Positions 61,297-64,000 of a DNA stretch of 64,000 bases are shown piece after piece. The stretch is from assembly GCA_051439605.1 (NCBI GenBank), contig JBFRWN010000044.1:96249-160248 (forward strand), in the 5' to 3' direction. The position numbers and the translations under genes are program-made. The notes beneath the pieces are model-generated. The model saw only the letters and a list, made by a program, of their open reading frames with translations, did no database searches and had not been told where the DNA came from. The stretch's first letter is position 1; every line of letters starts with the position of its first letter. This DNA comes from Synechococcus sp. (lineage in GTDB: Bacteria > Cyanobacteriota > Cyanobacteriia > Thermostichales > PCC-7336).

Positions 61297-62373
61297 TCAG
61301 TACAACACGTTCTGGCGGTCAATAACATCGTGCTGCATTGTCAATACCCTTAAGGCATCGTTGGGACCAACATCAGAAGGCTCTTTCCCCGTTCTCACAG
61401 CCTCTGCAAAGCGACCAAACACGGTGTCGTTACCGTAGCGTAATTTGCCAGTAATGTGCTTGATGCCACTGGTAAAATGCTGGGCCCAGTGCTGCCAGGT
61501 TGTCAGGGCAGAAGTACGAATCACTGTACTGGTGGTATGCAAACCGTCGTTGGGCAGTCGCACGTAAATATCGCGAAAAATATCAACATCGCCGAGGAAA
61601 TACTCGCCGTACACCGTCAGGTGCCACTCGCTAACTGGTGCTTCGAAGTTCATGTTGACCGTCACCGGAATGGTGCCATTGGCCTCGCTGTCGCAACGGT
61701 ATTGTATGGCGATCGCTCCAGGGGTGTTATCGCCAAAGGTACTGGGATACACGTCAGAACGCAGCAATTCGAGTGGTCCGGGAGACAGTCGCGATATGAG
61801 ATAGAAAAAGTGCGGACTTTCGTCGTAAAACAGGCCCAACGGTAGCTCTTCGTACCAGGAGGGTAGGCGCCGATTGGGGTTGCTCAGCTGTTGAGCCGCG
61901 ATAGACTTAATCTTGCCAAAGCGGCCATCTTTCATATCCTTCAGCAGCTTCTGAGTTGACGAGGCAAACTGGAAGTTATGGACAATGCTGAGAATCAAAC
62001 CTTGCTCTCGAGCCAGGGACACTAGCTCGGTCCCCTCTTCTACGGACATGGCAAACGGTTTTTCGGTTAAGACATGCTTGCCCAGTTTGAGGGCCGACTT
62101 AATCAAGGTGTAATGGGTGTGGGGGCAAGTGCCGATCGTTATGGCATCGACCTCATCGAGCCAGGGCACATCCTCCAAACAATCACCCTCGTGGAACTTC
62201 GCGTAGCCACGCTCTTGGGCCACTTCCTCGGCCCGGCCGGGACGACGATCGACCACTCCCACAACCGTAAAGTTGGGATCGTCATCCATCGTGACTAGAT
62301 GGCGGTTCGTTGTTACCCACCCAAGGCCAACCGAGGCAACCCTCAATGGCATTGACACTTGATTTTGACTCAT
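61297..62373 (-). CDS. Gfo/Idh/MocA family oxidoreductase
   Basis: VGLGWV, GKHVLTEKP, HNFQF, DESPH. Confidence 0.9.
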   Translation of the reverse strand: MSQNQVSMPLRVASVGLGWVTTNRHLVTMDDDPNFTVVGVVDRRPGRAEEVAQERGYAKFHEGDCLEDVPWLDEVDAITIGTCPHTHYTLIKSALKLGKHVLTEKPFAMSVEEGTELVSLAREQGLILSIVHNFQFASSTQKLLKDMKDGRFGKIKSIAAQQLSNPNRRLPSWYEELPLGLFYDESPHFFYLISRLSPGPLELLRSDVYPSTFGDNTPGAIAIQYRCDSEANGTIPVTVNMNFEAPVSEWHLTVYGEYFLGDVDIFRDIYVRLPNDGLHTTSTVIRTSALTTWQHWAQHFTSGIKHITGKLRYGNDTVFGRFAEAVRTGKEPSDVGPNDALRVLTMQHDVIDRQNVLY

Positions 62374-62439
62374 TCGGAAACCGGCAATGAAGAATTAGAT
62401 GAGGATGTCTGGAGCAAACGATGGCTTGAAATCACGCAA

Positions 62440-63606
62440 CTAGCGGCGCTTCAAACCGAGCACGCTTAAAAAGAAGCTCGAGAAAATTGTCTGAAATCCC
62501 ATAGCCAAGCAGGTGACCGACGGAATCACAATTTTCATGACTTGCACAGGGTCGAGTGAGCCGAACAAGTTGTTCTCCCAGATAGAAAAGGCCGCAATCG
62601 AGCCAATCGAGCCCATGACCAACAGGGTCAGTCCAGTCAGCAAACCCACCTCAAGATTGAGGTATCGGAACACCTTCTTCCAGATGGGTTCTGCGGGTAG
62701 CAGGCCCTCGCTGATGCCGAAGTACTTCGTAAACAGTGCAAACAGAACAGTCTGGAAGCCAATCGCGATCGCCGTGACAGAGTACAGCAAGGTATGGACT
62801 CTGGAACCAGGTAAAAACCAGAGGGCAGTAAGCAGACCAGCCGCCATCAAGAACAGCCCAGGATACAAAAATAGCCAGCGTGGACTGTAAAGCAACAAAA
62901 ATCTTAAGTGTCGCCAACCATCGCGCCAACTCCGAAGATGGGGCGGTCGGCTGCGGCCATCGGGAGAGAGGGTAGTGGGTACCTCGGCTATTTTGAGGTC
63001 ATTAAGTGTGGCCTTAACCACCATTTCACTGGCAAACTCCATGCCAGTCGTCCGCAAGCTCAGCTTTTCGATTGCGGCTTTACTAAAACCGCGCAGACCG
63101 CAGTGAAAATCTTTGCAGGGGCTGTCAAACAGCAAGCGACCAATCCAGGTGAGAACTGGGTTACCCAGATACTTGTGGAGGGGCGGCATAGCCCCAGGAG
63201 CAATACCACCTCGGAAACGATTGCCCATCACGAGGTCGTAGCCTTCCCTCAATTTATTAAGGAAGGGGGTTAACCGCGCAAAATCGTAGCTGTCATCCGC
63301 ATCGCCCATAATGACGAAACGGCCTCGGGCACCGGCAATCCCCCCTCGAAGGGCACTACCGTAACCTGGTTCTGCCACTGAAATAACACGGGCTCCAAGC
63401 CCGCGAGCAATGTCTTGGGAGCCGTCAGTACTGCCATTATCGGCAATGACCACTTCGCCAGAAACGTTGTGGCGTTCTAAATACTCTTTGGCTTTGCGAA
63501 TGCATGTTGCCAAGGTCTCTGCCTCGTTCAGACAAGGCATCACAATCGATAATTCGAGGAGTGAGGTTGAACTGTTAGCCAGCGCTTCCACATTACGGGT
63601 AAGCAT
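62440..63606 (-). CDS. GT2 polyprenol-phosphate glycosyltransferase (DPM1/GtrB-like) with C-terminal TM helices
   Basis: SIVMPCLNE, ADNGSTDGS, GYGSAL, MGDADDSY, DLVMGNR, DFHCGLR, GMEFASEM. Confidence 0.93.
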   Translation of the reverse strand: MLTRNVEALANSSTSLLELSIVMPCLNEAETLATCIRKAKEYLERHNVSGEVVIADNGSTDGSQDIARGLGARVISVAEPGYGSALRGGIAGARGRFVIMGDADDSYDFARLTPFLNKLREGYDLVMGNRFRGGIAPGAMPPLHKYLGNPVLTWIGRLLFDSPCKDFHCGLRGFSKAAIEKLSLRTTGMEFASEMVVKATLNDLKIAEVPTTLSPDGRSRPPHLRSWRDGWRHLRFLLLYSPRWLFLYPGLFLMAAGLLTALWFLPGSRVHTLLYSVTAIAIGFQTVLFALFTKYFGISEGLLPAEPIWKKVFRYLNLEVGLLTGLTLLVMGSIGSIAAFSIWENNLFGSLDPVQVMKIVIPSVTCLAMGFQTIFSSFFLSVLGLKRR

Positions 63607-63757
63607 ACTTTTCCAACACTTAAGCGTAACTACTGATTGTTGCTATCTATGAAGAATGGTATCAACAGCTGGCACTTTTTTATTACGGGTAAGCATAGTT
63701 CTGCTGCGTTTAAGCGTAACTCTGATTGTTGCTATCTGAGAAAAGAAGGTATCAACA
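63592..63757. repeat. Diverged tandem duplication (90-bp period) of the GT2 start and leader
   Basis: ATTACGGGTAAGCATA...TTAAGCGTAACT..CTGATTGTTGCTATCT...GGTATCAACA at 63592-63667 and 63682-63757. Confidence 0.9.
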
Positions 63758-64000
63758 ACATGTGAAATTCCGGCGTGCATTTTGTTTGCATCATCTCATC
63801 ATAGATTGAGTTCAAACATTGGGAACAAATGGTTCAATGCTTGCTTTGACTGGGCCGCACTTTAATTACGACAAATTGGGACATCATTTAAAGGGCGAAC
63901 AGCTCCTCTAGCCTTTTGAAGGAGCATAATATATACAGCTTTTTGTATCTTATGCTGCTGATTTTTAGCTCAGCTTGCCAGAGTATATTCCGATTTGCTT

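Overview
Cyanobacterial chromosomal window: HIP1 octamers (GCGATCGC) are frequent, and gap2, a pmgA-like gene and a HIP1-type DNA methyltransferase are present. The short-form AtpD hints at an early-branching lineage (inference only). Positions 1-38.9 kb are mostly housekeeping genes (atpD, gap2, leuA, purE, htpG, dcd, scpA, a polar amino acid ABC transporter, an HTH-NB-ARC-WD40 protein and a Tat-exported pseudo-orthocaspase). From about 39 kb the region looks accessory. It holds a decayed chlD copy cut at a possible IS remnant, an FHA/PrsW-like gene with degenerate catalytic motifs, and a three-gene minus-strand operon: Ser/Thr kinase-AAA_35 STAND, then AAA_35 STAND-TM-14xWD40, then a fusion of a YbaK/ProX aminoacyl-tRNA editing domain to an XYP-type cyclodipeptide synthase (CDPS) with no tailoring genes. 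That operon is the best candidate for an undescribed signalling or defence system acting on aminoacyl-tRNA. It is followed by an intact but 5'-truncated Na+ N-ATPase operon (atpR-B-E-F-A-G, no atpD-C-Q) and a surface glycosylation cluster. A structured dispersed repeat of about 85-95 bp with compensatory base changes occurs four times. No rRNA, tRNA or CRISPR array was seen. All family assignments come from motifs read by eye and remembered family sequences; no searches were run.
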